Assembly (NCBI GenBank): GCA_963791065.1
Contig: CAWBQN010000020.1
Coordinates: 44,347-108,346 of the forward strand
Direction: 5' to 3'
DNA: 64,000 nt
Origin: an uncultured Bacteroidales bacterium
GTDB taxonomy: Bacteria > Bacteroidota > Bacteroidia > Bacteroidales > VadinHA17
Positions 38,075 to 48,250 of this stretch are shown piece after piece (the first letter of the stretch is position 1; the number at the start of each line of letters is the position of its first letter). The notes beneath the pieces are model-generated. The model saw only the letters and a program-made list of their open reading frames with translations, had not been told where the DNA came from and made no database searches. Both the position numbers and the translations under genes were made by a program.

Positions 38075-40801
38075 ATGTCAAACGTTAAAAGAGTCTACTC
38101 CTTCGGAAAGAAAGCTGCAGAAGGTAAAGCTGACATGAAAAACCTTCTCGGAGGTAAAGGTGCTAACCTTGCTGAAATGTGTTTGCTGGGTTTGCCAGTT
38201 CCTGCTGGTTTCACAATTACAACTGAGGCCTGTAATGAATATTATAAGAACAATTGTACTCTTCCGGAAGGATTGATGCCTGAGGTTTGGGCTGCTATGA
38301 AGAAGACTGAAGAAACAATGAATATGAAATTTGGAGATGCTCAGAATGCCTTACTTGTCTCGTGCCGTTCAGGAGCCAGGAGCTCAATGCCCGGAATGAT
38401 GGATACCGTCCTTAATATTGGTCTTTGTTCTGCAACAATCCCCGGATTTCTTAAAAAAACCAACAATCCCCGTTTTGTCTGGGATTCCTATCGTCGTTTA
38501 ATAATGATGTATGCCGACGTTGTTATGGAAAAAGCAGAAGGTATTGAACCTGGTGAAGGCAAAGGGATACGCAAGCTGCTCGATGAAAAACTTGATGAGT
38601 TTAAGAAACAGAAAAGATACAAATCTGATACTGAAATCAAAGCTGACGAGCTTAAAGAGCTTTCTGACGAATTTAAGAATATAGTTAAAAAAACGCTTGG
38701 AAAACCTTTCCCTGATGATGCTAGAGATCAGCTTGAGGGAGGTATTAAAGCTGTATTCAAGAGCTGGAATGGCAAGAAGGCCGTTTCCTACCGTCGCATA
38801 GAAGGGATACCTGATGATTGGGGAACAGCTGTGAGCGTACAATCAATGGTATTCGGTAATATGGGAGATTCATCAGCTACAGGCGTTGCTTTCACACGTA
38901 ACCCGGCAACCGGAGAGAACCTGTTCTATGGTGAGTGGCTCGTGAACGCCCAGGGGGAAGACGTAGTTGCCGGCATCCGCACACCGAGCCCTCTTAATGA
39001 CGATACAAAAAATGATCAGAACCAGCATCTTCACAGTATGCAGGAAGCAATGCCTGGCACTTACAAGGAGCTTTGGGATATCCGCAATATTCTTGAGAAA
39101 TCATTCCACGATATGCTGGATATTGAATTCACTATCCAGGAAGGAACTCTTTACATGCTGCAATGCCGCACAGGCAAAAGAACCGGTACAGCAGCCCTTA
39201 ACATGGCTATGGATATGCTTCACGAGAAACTGATTGATGAAAAAACTGTTGTTCTGCGTGTCGATCCCGCACAGCTCGATGAGCTACTGCACCCAATCTG
39301 TGATCCGAATGCTGAGAAAAAGGTAAAGGCGGTAGTAAGAGGTTTGCCGGCAGGACCAGGAGCAGCAGTCGGAAAAGTTGTCTTCAACGCTGAAGATGCT
39401 GTTGCATGGTTCCGTAAGGGTGAAAAAGTCATTCTTGTACGTGAAGAAACTAACCCTGAAGATGTTGAAGGTATGCGTGCAGCAGAAGGTATACTTACCG
39501 CCCGGGGAGGTATGACATCGCATGCAGCTCTGGTTGCACGCGGATGGGGAAAATGCTGTATAGTCGGTGCAGGTGCCCTTCATGTCGACGCTTCAAAAAA
39601 GATTGCAAAAATAACGGGATCTGATATAGTTATTAAAGAGGGTGATGTCCTTACTCTGAACGGTACAAAAGGAAATGTATATACCGGCGCCATAAACCTT
39701 ATGGATGCAACAGAAAATCCCCGCTTCAAGGAATTCATGATCATTGTTGATAAATATCGTAAAATGGGGGTCCGTACCAACGCTGAAACACCTGAAGATG
39801 CAATAATTGCAAGAAACTATGGTGCTGAGGGGATCGGCCTTTTCCGTACCGAGCATATGTTTTACGGCAAAGGATCAGAGACTCCGTTATTCCTTCTTCG
39901 TAAAATGATCCTGAGCGCAAATGAAACAGAGCGCCGGAAAGCTCTTAATGAACTTTTCGCACATGTCAAAAAAGATATGAAAGAGACTATGTCTGCAATG
40001 GATGGTCTGCCTGTCACATTCAGGCTGCTTGATCCTCCTCTTCATGAATTTGTACCCCAGGGTGCTGATAAACAGGAAGAGCTCGCAAAATCTCTGGGCA
40101 TTAAAAAAGAAGATGTTGCCAAACGAGGTGAGGCTCTGCATGAATCAAACCCGATGATGGGACATCGTGGAGTACGTCTTGGTATCACTTACCCTGAAAT
40201 TTCTGAAATGCAGGTACGCGCAATTTTCGAATCAGCACTGGAACTCATAAAAGAAGGGAAGAAACCACATCCTGAAATAATGGTTCCGGTTACCGGTGAG
40301 GTTAACGAACTCGACTTCACAAAAAAAGTTGTTGACAGAGTATATGACGAAGTCTGCAAAAAATTTGGTGTAAAAAATATTGAGTATAAATACGGTACAA
40401 TGATTGAGATCCCGCGCGCATGTCTTCTCTCCGATCGAATGGCAAAAAGCGCAGAATTTTTCTCATTCGGGACAAACGACCTTACACAGATGACCTTCGG
40501 CTTCAGCCGTGATGATACAGGCGGATTCCTGCATGATTATCTTGACAAGAAGATCCTGACGGCTGATCCATTCCAGACTATTGATCAGGATGGCGTTGGC
40601 CAGCTTATTAAAATGTCGGTTGAGAAAGGGCGCGCTACGAGGCCAAACCTCAAGGTTGGCATCTGCGGCGAACAGGGTGGTGATCCGGCTTCAGTTGAAT
40701 TTTGTTTCAAAACAGGTTTGACTTATGTAAGCTGTTCTCCTTTCAGAGTGCCAATTGCACGGCTTGCAGCTGCCCAGGCATCGATAAGATTCGGTAAATA
40801 G
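38075..40801 (+). CDS. ppdK: Pyruvate, phosphate dikinase
   Basis: The start is placed at MSNVKRVYSFGKK. GGKGANLAEM, the catalytic-His loop GGMTSHAALVARG, and C-terminal PEP-utilising TIM-barrel motifs (FFSFGTNDLTQ, CGEQGGDP) are present. The track ORF start at 38000 is an upstream extension. Confidence 0.92.
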   Translation: MSNVKRVYSFGKKAAEGKADMKNLLGGKGANLAEMCLLGLPVPAGFTITTEACNEYYKNNCTLPEGLMPEVWAAMKKTEETMNMKFGDAQNALLVSCRSGARSSMPGMMDTVLNIGLCSATIPGFLKKTNNPRFVWDSYRRLIMMYADVVMEKAEGIEPGEGKGIRKLLDEKLDEFKKQKRYKSDTEIKADELKELSDEFKNIVKKTLGKPFPDDARDQLEGGIKAVFKSWNGKKAVSYRRIEGIPDDWGTAVSVQSMVFGNMGDSSATGVAFTRNPATGENLFYGEWLVNAQGEDVVAGIRTPSPLNDDTKNDQNQHLHSMQEAMPGTYKELWDIRNILEKSFHDMLDIEFTIQEGTLYMLQCRTGKRTGTAALNMAMDMLHEKLIDEKTVVLRVDPAQLDELLHPICDPNAEKKVKAVVRGLPAGPGAAVGKVVFNAEDAVAWFRKGEKVILVREETNPEDVEGMRAAEGILTARGGMTSHAALVARGWGKCCIVGAGALHVDASKKIAKITGSDIVIKEGDVLTLNGTKGNVYTGAINLMDATENPRFKEFMIIVDKYRKMGVRTNAETPEDAIIARNYGAEGIGLFRTEHMFYGKGSETPLFLLRKMILSANETERRKALNELFAHVKKDMKETMSAMDGLPVTFRLLDPPLHEFVPQGADKQEELAKSLGIKKEDVAKRGEALHESNPMMGHRGVRLGITYPEISEMQVRAIFESALELIKEGKKPHPEIMVPVTGEVNELDFTKKVVDRVYDEVCKKFGVKNIEYKYGTMIEIPRACLLSDRMAKSAEFFSFGTNDLTQMTFGFSRDDTGGFLHDYLDKKILTADPFQTIDQDGVGQLIKMSVEKGRATRPNLKVGICGEQGGDPASVEFCFKTGLTYVSCSPFRVPIARLAAAQASIRFGK

Positions 40802-40823
40802 CCCGATAACATTTATTTATAGT

Positions 40824-40851
40824 AAAGGGTTCCGCTTTTGCGAAACCCTTT
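40824..40851 (+). terminator. Intrinsic terminator after ppdK
   Basis: aaagggttccgc-tttt-gcgaaacccttt hairpin with one mismatch, followed by the T-rich ttccttttc. Confidence 0.65.
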
Positions 40852-41055
40852 TCCTTTTCATGGCAAAATGATCTAACCTGGTAGAAAACTAGTAAATCCT
40901 TCTAACTTGCATATGACCCTTAGGAAGTAATATACCCTATGCACTTCCTCTAGAATTATTAAAAAAAATGAACTAAATTTGAATTCATTAAGTCGAAGTT
41001 AAATTAACCATGTAATAGTAACTTGCATTTGAAGGTATAATTTTATTATTGTAAA

Positions 41056-42675
41056 ATGTTTGAACCCAGCGAATTATCAGTTTATGGCATTGAGGATATA
41101 AAAGAGATTATCTATAATCCATCCTATAATATCTTATTTGCGGAGGAGACAAAACCCGGGCTCGATTCATATGAAAAGGGAACTATTACCCGGTCAGGAG
41201 CAGTTTCTGTTGATACCGGGATATTTACGGGCCGTTCACCCAATGACAAATATGTAGTTCTCGACAACACGACAAGAGATACAGTCTGGTGGAAATCGGA
41301 CAAGGGGAAAGTATCTGATAACAAACCACTTTCAGTTGAGATATGGAACCATTGCAAAAACCTTTCAGCGAAACAACTTTCAGGGAAAAGACTGTTTGTG
41401 GTAGACTGTTTTTGCGGTGCAAATAAAAATTCGCGGTTAAGAGTGAGATTTGTACTTGAGGTTGCCTGGCAGGCTCATTTTGTAAAAAATATGTTCATAA
41501 GACCTGAACCTGATGAACTGATTGACTTCAAACCCGATTTTGTGGTGCTTAATGCTTCCAAGGCAAAAAATCCCGACTGGAAACAGCAGGGTCTCAATTC
41601 TGAAAATTTTATTCTATTTAATCTTACCGAAGGCATGTCGGTCATCGGAGGAACATGGTATGGCGGCGAGATGAAAAAGGGGATCTTCTCTGTTATGAAC
41701 TATTTCCTGCCACTCAAGGGAATAGCCTCAATGCATTGCTCTGCGAATGTTGGTAAAAATGGTGATACTGCTATCTTCTTCGGACTTTCAGGAACAGGAA
41801 AAACGACACTCTCCGTCGATCCTGAAAGAGCTCTGATCGGCGATGATGAACACGGCTGGGACGATGAAGGTGTTTTCAATCTTGAAGGAGGATGCTATGC
41901 GAAATGTATCAAGCTGAGCAGGAATAATGAACCTGATATCTATTGTGCTATAAAACGTGATGCCCTTTTGGAGAATCTTGTGGTTTTACCTGACGGGACA
42001 ATTGATTTTAACAGCAGTTCAAAAACTGAAAATACCCGGGTTTCATATCCAATTTACCACATTCATAATATAGTAAAACCTGTTTCAAAGGCAGGTCATG
42101 CTAAAAAAGTTATCTTCCTCACTGCAGATGCATTCGGTGTTCTGCCTCCTGTAAGCCGTCTGACTGAGGAGCAGACAAGGTATTATTTCCTTAGCGGATA
42201 TACGGCAAAGGTTGCAGGAACAGAGCGGGGAATTATTGAACCAGTTCCCTCATTCTCTGCTTGTTTTGGTGCCGCATTTCTGATGCTCGATCCTATTATA
42301 TATGCTAACGAGCTTACCAGAAAAATGAAAATGCAAAGTGCTGAGGCCTGGTTGGTAAATACGGGCTGGTTGGGAGGCCCGTATGGAATAGGTAATCGTA
42401 TTGCTCTTCCTGTTACCCGAATGATAATAAATGCGATTCTTGATGGCTCACTTACCGAGAGTGAATTTGTAAACCTTCCTGTTTTCAATTTAAGTATCCC
42501 TACAGGAATCAAAGGAATTGATGAGAATATTCTGGACCCCGGAAAAGCATGGGAATCTCAGTCCAGATGGCGTGTTGCTGCAACTGATCTGGCTCTGAAA
42601 TTCATTAATAACTTCAGTAAGTTTACAGTAAACAAAGAGACAGCTAAACTGGTGAGCTCCGGTCCTGTTATCTGA
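41056..42675 (+). CDS. pckA: Phosphoenolpyruvate carboxykinase (ATP)
   Basis: 539 aa. RSPNDKY, the kinase-1a loop [19 protein letters not shown], and GGCYAK motifs. Confidence 0.92.
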   Translation: MFEPSELSVYGIEDIKEIIYNPSYNILFAEETKPGLDSYEKGTITRSGAVSVDTGIFTGRSPNDKYVVLDNTTRDTVWWKSDKGKVSDNKPLSVEIWNHCKNLSAKQLSGKRLFVVDCFCGANKNSRLRVRFVLEVAWQAHFVKNMFIRPEPDELIDFKPDFVVLNASKAKNPDWKQQGLNSENFILFNLTEGMSVIGGTWYGGEMKKGIFSVMNYFLPLKGIASMHCSANVGKNGDTAIFFGLSGTGKTTLSVDPERALIGDDEHGWDDEGVFNLEGGCYAKCIKLSRNNEPDIYCAIKRDALLENLVVLPDGTIDFNSSSKTENTRVSYPIYHIHNIVKPVSKAGHAKKVIFLTADAFGVLPPVSRLTEEQTRYYFLSGYTAKVAGTERGIIEPVPSFSACFGAAFLMLDPIIYANELTRKMKMQSAEAWLVNTGWLGGPYGIGNRIALPVTRMIINAILDGSLTESEFVNLPVFNLSIPTGIKGIDENILDPGKAWESQSRWRVAATDLALKFINNFSKFTVNKETAKLVSSGPVI

Positions 42676-42727
42676 TCTGTCAGGGGTATATTTTAATTAT
42701 TATATTTGCCTTCTGAAATTTTCTGGT

Positions 42728-43372
42728 ATGAATCTTCTTAATGCAGTGCTCTCCTCAGTACTGGCTTACCTCCTTGGATCAATTCCATCTGCAGTATGGA
42801 TCGGGAAACGATTTCACAATATTGATGTGAGAGAACATGGCAGTGGAAACGCGGGAACTACAAATACTATCAGAGTACTTGGCTGGACGACCGGCATTCC
42901 GGTGTTGATTATCGATATAGCCAAGGGATGGCTGGCAGCAACGTTACCTGTTTGGTTTCATCTGGCTGATCCAGGGAGCGCCCTGCTTATAAATCTGCAG
43001 ATTATGGCAGGTATTATTGCTATTATAGGCCATGTTTTCCCCGTTTTTGCAGGTTTCAGGGGAGGCAAAGGTGTTGCAACAGTTTTCGGGGTTTTTCTTG
43101 CACTTCAGCCCCTGCTTACTATATGCTGTATGGGGGTTTTTCTTTTCATATTATTCACAACGGGTATTGTATCGATCTCATCAATGCTAGCCGGAATTGC
43201 CTTCCCATCTTTCCTCTTTCTGTTTTTTGATACTCCTTCGGTTTTGTTCAGAATATTTGCAATAATTGTGGGTATTTCCCTGCTGGTTACACACAGAAAA
43301 AACATCGGCAGGATCTGGAGAGGAGAAGAGACAAAAATTCTAAAATTGAGAAGAAAACCAAAAAATCCTTAG
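42728..43372 (+). CDS. plsY: Acyl-phosphate:glycerol-3-phosphate acyltransferase PlsY
   Basis: 214 aa and polytopic. GSGNAGTTN, FRGGKGVAT and HRKNI motifs. Confidence 0.88.
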   Translation: MNLLNAVLSSVLAYLLGSIPSAVWIGKRFHNIDVREHGSGNAGTTNTIRVLGWTTGIPVLIIDIAKGWLAATLPVWFHLADPGSALLINLQIMAGIIAIIGHVFPVFAGFRGGKGVATVFGVFLALQPLLTICCMGVFLFILFTTGIVSISSMLAGIAFPSFLFLFFDTPSVLFRIFAIIVGISLLVTHRKNIGRIWRGEETKILKLRRKPKNP

Positions 43373-43381
43373 ATAAAAAAC

Positions 43382-43420
43382 CACAAAGGATCACAAAGTG
43401 CATCACCAGGGAACACAAAG
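43382..43420. repeat. Three CACAAAG motifs (reverse complement CTTTGTG) in the plsY / M48-protease intergenic region
   Basis: cCACAAAGgatCACAAAGtgcatcaccagggaaCACAAAGg between convergent stops. Confidence 0.5.
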
Positions 43421-43449
43421 GAAAACCCGGAAGTTTCAGTGACCTCGCT

Positions 43450-44391
43450 TTAAAACTGTTCTAAAATCTGAATTCTCTTGCCGATGGGCGGATGTGTTGC
43501 GAACAGTGATGCTACCGAAAAAGAGGATTTCTTATCCCTGACCTGAGGATTTTCAATAAACATCTGGGCAATATCTTTTCTTTTTACTGCTTCAATTGTC
43601 GGATCATCTGATATTTTTCTTAGCGCCGATGCCAGGGCAAGCGGCCTGTGTGTAAGTTCAGCAGAGCCCGCATCTGCCAGATATTCACGCTTTCTCGATA
43701 GAGCAAACCTGAAAAGAGTCGAGATCAGGAATCCTACCAGGGCAAGCAAAAGAGCAATGATGATTGCTGCGCCTCCATCTTTCTTCCCCCTTCCGATCCT
43801 TCCAAACTGAATTGTTCTGAAAATCGCCTGCGAGATGAAAGCAAATATCCCGACGAAAATTATTGAGATTATCAGTAACCTGACATCCCGGTTCCTGATG
43901 TGAGTCAGTTCATGTGCAATTACTGCTTCGAGCTCCTCATCGTTCAGTTTTTCAATTATCCCTTTTGAAAGCGATATAGAAAATGTTTTTGTACTGATGC
44001 CGCTTGCAAAGGCATTTAAAGAATCATCATCTATAATGTTGATCTTCGGAGTAGTCATGCCAGTTGCAATGCACAGATTTTCAACGAGATTATAGACTCT
44101 TTTGTTTTCGTTTCTTTCAAGCGGTTTTGAGTCAGTGGCTGAATTAATCATAGCGGTATGTGAGAACCATGCTATGGTAAACCAGATCACAATGCCTATA
44201 ATTATAAAAGGCGCAGTTGTAGCAAAGCTCTGGTTTATCTGGCTTATCGTCCTGTGTTCTTCTGAGTTGAAGGACAGGAAAAAAAAGAAGAGCCAGGTAA
44301 GAACAAAAAAAACGACGGGGAACAGCACCAATAAAATGATGGAATTGGTATTATTCCTCCAGATCTGCTTCTGCAAACCAAAATACCTCAT
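43450..44391 (-). CDS. M48-family zinc metalloprotease (HtpX-like), membrane-bound
   Basis: HELTHIRNRD (HExxH) is flanked by hydrophobic helices. The start is placed at MRYFGLQKQ, 5 nt after the lemA stop. Confidence 0.75.
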   Translation of the reverse strand: MRYFGLQKQIWRNNTNSIILLVLFPVVFFVLTWLFFFFLSFNSEEHRTISQINQSFATTAPFIIIGIVIWFTIAWFSHTAMINSATDSKPLERNENKRVYNLVENLCIATGMTTPKINIIDDDSLNAFASGISTKTFSISLSKGIIEKLNDEELEAVIAHELTHIRNRDVRLLIISIIFVGIFAFISQAIFRTIQFGRIGRGKKDGGAAIIIALLLALVGFLISTLFRFALSRKREYLADAGSAELTHRPLALASALRKISDDPTIEAVKRKDIAQMFIENPQVRDKKSSFSVASLFATHPPIGKRIQILEQF

Positions 44392-44395
44392 AATG

Positions 44396-44956
44396 TCAGA
44401 ACTGTATTTTTGGAGGTGTTTCAGCTTCGGCCCGCTGGGTACCCAGTTCAAACATCGGTTCACGTTTGAAATTAAAGAGGGTAGCAATCAGGTTCGAAGG
44501 GAATAATTCGGTTGCGACATTCAGTTCTTTAGTAGCCGAGTTAAAGAAGCGGCGTGCTGCAGCAATCTTGTTCTCAACATCTGCAATCTCATTTTGCAGT
44601 TCCATAAAGTTCTGGCTGGCCTTCAGATCAGGATAGGCTTCTACAGATACTTTCAATCCGTCAAGAGCAGCCGATAATTTATTTTCAGCATCTATCTTCT
44701 CATTAATCGTGGTGGCTTTCATTGCATTGGCGCGAGCATCTGTAATCGCTGTAAGCACTCCTCTTTCATGACCCATATAACCTTTTACTGAATCAACCAG
44801 CTGAGGTATAAGATCATGTCTTAGTTTAAGCTGAACATCCACATCTGCAAAGGCTTGTTCCCTGTTATTTCTAAGCCTTACCAGCCTGTTGTATAATGAA
44901 ACAGCCATCAGGACTAAAATAAAAATGATTGCGAGAAATAATAGTACAATTATCAT
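44396..44956 (-). CDS. lemA: LemA family protein
   Basis: 186 aa with an N-terminal transmembrane helix. YNRLVRLRN..., ERGVL..., YPDLKA... and ARRFFN... are LemA signatures. Confidence 0.85.
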   Translation of the reverse strand: MIIVLLFLAIIFILVLMAVSLYNRLVRLRNNREQAFADVDVQLKLRHDLIPQLVDSVKGYMGHERGVLTAITDARANAMKATTINEKIDAENKLSAALDGLKVSVEAYPDLKASQNFMELQNEIADVENKIAAARRFFNSATKELNVATELFPSNLIATLFNFKREPMFELGTQRAEAETPPKIQF

Positions 44957-45021
44957 CTTAGTACGGTTTTAAATTAAATTGGAACGACATTCAAATTGAA
45001 TTATTTGATAATAAAGATAGT

Positions 45022-45029
45022 TATATTTG
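45022..45029 (+). promoter_or_regulatory. Candidate -7 promoter box (TAtaTTTG) for rubrerythrin
   Basis: Exact TAnnTTTG match 70 nt upstream of the rbr ATG. Confidence 0.3.
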
Positions 45030-45098
45030 CTTTAATAATCTTTCCTGAAACAACAATTTAAAGTTCACAAATTTTCAATTTTATTAAACTAATCTGAT

Positions 45099-45677
45099 AT
45101 GGAAAAGAGTTTAAAAGGATCAAAAACAGAACAGAACCTGCTGAAAGCCTTCGCAGGAGAATCACAGGCTAAGAATAGATACGAATTTGCCGCAAAGGTT
45201 GCAAAGGAAGAAGGTTTTGAACAGATTTCCGGAATCTTTACTGCAACTGCATTACAGGAACAACAGCATGCCAAAAGATTCTTCAAATTCCTTGAAGGCG
45301 GGATGGTTCAAATAACAGCAGCATATCCTGCCGGTAAAACTGAGACTACAAAGGATAATCTCTTTGCAGCAGCCGAGGGTGAACACGAAGAATGGAGCAT
45401 TCTGTATCCCGCCTTTGCATTAACTGCAGAAGAAGAAGGATTTAAGAGTATTTCGGCAGCATTTAAAGCAATAGCTGTAGCAGAAAAGACCCATGAAGAC
45501 AGATACAGAAAGTTACTTGAGAATGTGATGAAGGATAAGGTATTCCAGCGTGACGAAAAGGTGTTCTGGTATTGCAGAAAATGCGGCTATATTCACTTCG
45601 GGACAAAACCACTTAAAAATTGTCCGGCATGTCTGCACCCGGAGGCATATTTTGAACTCCTTCCAAATAATTATTAA
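45099..45677 (+). CDS. rbr: Rubrerythrin
   Basis: A ferritin-like diiron domain (GESQAKNRY, EQQHAKRF, EGEHEEW, EKTHEDRY) is joined to a C-terminal rubredoxin-like CRKCG...CPAC. Confidence 0.9.
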   Translation: MEKSLKGSKTEQNLLKAFAGESQAKNRYEFAAKVAKEEGFEQISGIFTATALQEQQHAKRFFKFLEGGMVQITAAYPAGKTETTKDNLFAAAEGEHEEWSILYPAFALTAEEEGFKSISAAFKAIAVAEKTHEDRYRKLLENVMKDKVFQRDEKVFWYCRKCGYIHFGTKPLKNCPACLHPEAYFELLPNNY

Positions 45678-45679
45678 TA

Positions 45680-46231
45680 ATGGCTGACGGAAAAAGCATC
45701 CTTGATCTGATAATAAGTCGTCAGAGCGACAGAAAATACGACATCAAACCTGTTGAGAAGGAAAAGCTTGAAAGGATAGTCGAAGCCGGCAGGATGGCTC
45801 CATCTGCATGCAATGCCCAGCCGTGGAAATTCATTGTTGTGACTGATAACCAACTTATTGTGAAGATTGCAGAGGCAGCCTCTGCAAAACTTATCGGGAT
45901 GAATGGCTTCGTTGCCCAGGCACCTGTTATCCTGGTTATTATAAGAGAACAGCCAAATATGTCATCTAAAGTGGGCGGAACGATCAAGAAGAAGGATTAT
46001 TCCCTGATTGACATAGGCATAGCTGCTGAAAACATATGTCTTCAGGCAAGAGCGGAAGGTATCGGATCGTGTATTATCGGCTGGTTTGATGAGAGGCAGC
46101 TTAAGAAGCTTCTCTCGATCCCTAAACCAAAACGGGTGGAACTTATAATTACTTTAGGATATTCGTTAAGCCAGCCAAGGGAGAAGAAACGGAAGCCCGC
46201 AAAGGAGACTGTTTCGTATAATAAATACTAA
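45680..46231 (+). CDS. Nitroreductase-family protein
   Basis: 183 aa. RQSDRKY, APSACNAQPWKFIVV and a GIGSCIIGWF-type core. Confidence 0.75.
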   Translation: MADGKSILDLIISRQSDRKYDIKPVEKEKLERIVEAGRMAPSACNAQPWKFIVVTDNQLIVKIAEAASAKLIGMNGFVAQAPVILVIIREQPNMSSKVGGTIKKKDYSLIDIGIAAENICLQARAEGIGSCIIGWFDERQLKKLLSIPKPKRVELIITLGYSLSQPREKKRKPAKETVSYNKY

Positions 46232-47421
46232 CCAAGTCTCTCAAGTGCATTCTTTATTCTCTTCACAGCCTCAACGAGCAGTTCATCTGAATTTGCATAT
46301 GAGATCCGTATGCATTCCGGCGCCCCGAATGCATCGCCGCCAACAGTTGCGACCTGTGCCTTATCGAGGAGGTAAAGAGCTAATTCATCGGAGTTAGTGA
46401 TCAGTGTTTCACCATCCGATTTACCAAAGTAGAAGCTTATATCAGGCATCACGTAGAAGGCACCCTGTGGTATACCGACCTTAACTCCTTTCACATCTTT
46501 AAGCAATCCGCATATCAGGTCGCGCCTTCTTAAAAACGCATCTCTCATTATCTTACGGGAATCACCTTTTCCCTGTATTGCTGCAAGGGCTGCACGCTGG
46601 GCTATTGAGCAGACACCCGAGGTGAACTGACCCTGTAATTTATTGCATGCTTTTACGATCCACAATGGTGCCCCGATATATCCAATCCTCCAGCCTGTCA
46701 TCGCATATCCTTTAGATACACCATTGACAGTAATGACTCTGTCGTAGATAAAATCAAATGATGCCATGCTTATGTGTTCGCCGGTAAAAATAATGTGCTC
46801 GTAAATCTCATCAGAGATTATGAATAGCCCTTCATGCTTTTCGACTATCCTGGCAATTTTCTCCATCTCCTTCCGGTCGTAAACCATCCCGGTGGGGTTT
46901 GAGGGTGAATTGAAAATTACCAGCCTGGTCTTACTTGTGATTGCATTCTCAAGCTGTTCGGGACTGATCTTGAAATCGTTTTCCAGTTTAGCCTTGATTA
47001 TCACTGGTTTACCCTCTGCAAGGATTATCTGATCGTAATAGCTTACCCAGTATGGGGCAAGAATGATTACCTCATCACCGGGATTGACTATCGATAAAAT
47101 TACATTAATCAGAGAATGCTTCCCTCCTGCCGATACAATGATCTGATCGGGAGAATAATTGATGCCATTTTCCTCTTTAAACTTCCTGGAAATGGTTTCC
47201 CTCAGATCAGCATAGCCGGGTACCGGAGGATATTTGGAATAATTATCGTCAATTGCCTTCTTGGCAGCTTCTTTTATATAATCAGGAGTATTGAAGTCAG
47301 GTTCCCCCAGGCTCAGGCTTATTATGTCAATACCTTTTGCCTTTAGTTCCCTGCTCTTCTGAGCCATTGCAAGTGTCTGCGAGACTGATAATGACTTAAT
47401 TCTGTCGGATAGATATTCCAT
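46228..47421 (-). CDS. Class-I PLP-dependent aminotransferase (aspartate aminotransferase-like)
   Basis: 397 aa. NSPSNPTG and the SKGYAMTGWRIGY lysine motif. It has a 4-nt convergent overlap with the nitroreductase gene. Confidence 0.85.
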   Translation of the reverse strand: MEYLSDRIKSLSVSQTLAMAQKSRELKAKGIDIISLSLGEPDFNTPDYIKEAAKKAIDDNYSKYPPVPGYADLRETISRKFKEENGINYSPDQIIVSAGGKHSLINVILSIVNPGDEVIILAPYWVSYYDQIILAEGKPVIIKAKLENDFKISPEQLENAITSKTRLVIFNSPSNPTGMVYDRKEMEKIARIVEKHEGLFIISDEIYEHIIFTGEHISMASFDFIYDRVITVNGVSKGYAMTGWRIGYIGAPLWIVKACNKLQGQFTSGVCSIAQRAALAAIQGKGDSRKIMRDAFLRRRDLICGLLKDVKGVKVGIPQGAFYVMPDISFYFGKSDGETLITNSDELALYLLDKAQVATVGGDAFGAPECIRISYANSDELLVEAVKRIKNALERLG

Positions 47422-47513
47422 AAATTAAGTATTATAATCGAGGATGAAATATACACACTAAATGTATGAAGTAAAATTGAAATATAAACGATAGCCTGCT
47501 TTCACCATTTTTA

Positions 47514-47607
47514 CTTTGTATCACTTTGTGTTTTCCTTAGGGTTCCTTAGTGGTAAAAAAATTCTTTGCCACAAAGGGACACAAAGATTTTCATAGAGGT
47601 ATACAAA
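47514..47607. repeat. Cluster of CTTTGTR / CACAAAG motifs, including the inverted pair ctttg-cca-caaag
   Basis: taCTTTGTAtcaCTTTGTGttttcc...attCTTTGccaCAAAGggaCACAAAGatt...taTACAAAGga, in the 274-nt intergenic region upstream of two divergent genes. Confidence 0.5.
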
Positions 47608-47663
47608 GGAATAAGTATTATTCAGATCTGGGTAAATCAGATTGAAAATAAAAAAGAAAAACT

Positions 47664-47671
47664 TAAGTTTG
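47664..47671 (+). promoter_or_regulatory. Candidate -7 promoter box (TAagTTTG)
   Basis: Exact TAnnTTTG match 25 nt upstream of the ATG at 47696. Confidence 0.4.
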
Positions 47672-47695
47672 TATATAAATCTAAAATACAAGACA

Positions 47696-48217
47696 ATGGA
47701 TTTACTGGCAGATATTTTAAAAATTACTATACCGGCGCTGATCGTTTTCTTCACGGTATGGGTCCTTATCAGAAATATGATCCGGAACGATCAGGACAAG
47801 CGAAGACAGGAGCTTATTCTGCAGAATAGCCGGACAGTCACTCCTATAAAGCTGCAGGCCTATGAAAGGATTGTTCTGTTTCTCGAAAGAATCTCCCTCG
47901 AATCGCTGCTGGTAAGAGTTAGTTCGGCGGATATGACTGCGGCCCAGCTTCATTCGGCTATCCTTAATGCGATCCGCAGTGAATTTGAACATAACCTGTC
48001 GCAACAGATCTATATGAGCCCCCAGGCCTGGGAGGTAGTAAAGAACGCCCGGTCCAACATGATTAAAATAGTTAATACAGAAGTTGAAAAGCTTCCGCCC
48101 GGTTCATCCGGGATGTCTCTCAGTAAACAGCTCCTTGAAAAAATCATGGAACTCGAGAAGGAGCCAACACGGGCAGCGATTGATTACGTTAAGAATGAGA
48201 TTGCTGCCATGATGTGA
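47696..48217 (+). CDS. Hypothetical membrane-anchored protein
   Basis: The start is placed at MDLLADILKITIPALIVFFTVWVLI (one N-terminal transmembrane helix). The remainder is predicted helical with no motif I recognise. Confidence 0.45.
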   Translation: MDLLADILKITIPALIVFFTVWVLIRNMIRNDQDKRRQELILQNSRTVTPIKLQAYERIVLFLERISLESLLVRVSSADMTAAQLHSAILNAIRSEFEHNLSQQIYMSPQAWEVVKNARSNMIKIVNTEVEKLPPGSSGMSLSKQLLEKIMELEKEPTRAAIDYVKNEIAAMM

Positions 48218-48250
48218 CTATTTCTCACTTTAGCATCTCTACGGTTCTGA

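Noticed and set aside
43450-44956. The LemA / M48 protease pair as a novel system
   Set aside because: LemA followed by an HtpX-like or TPM-type membrane protein is a widespread, already catalogued gene pair. Nothing unusual is seen in this copy.
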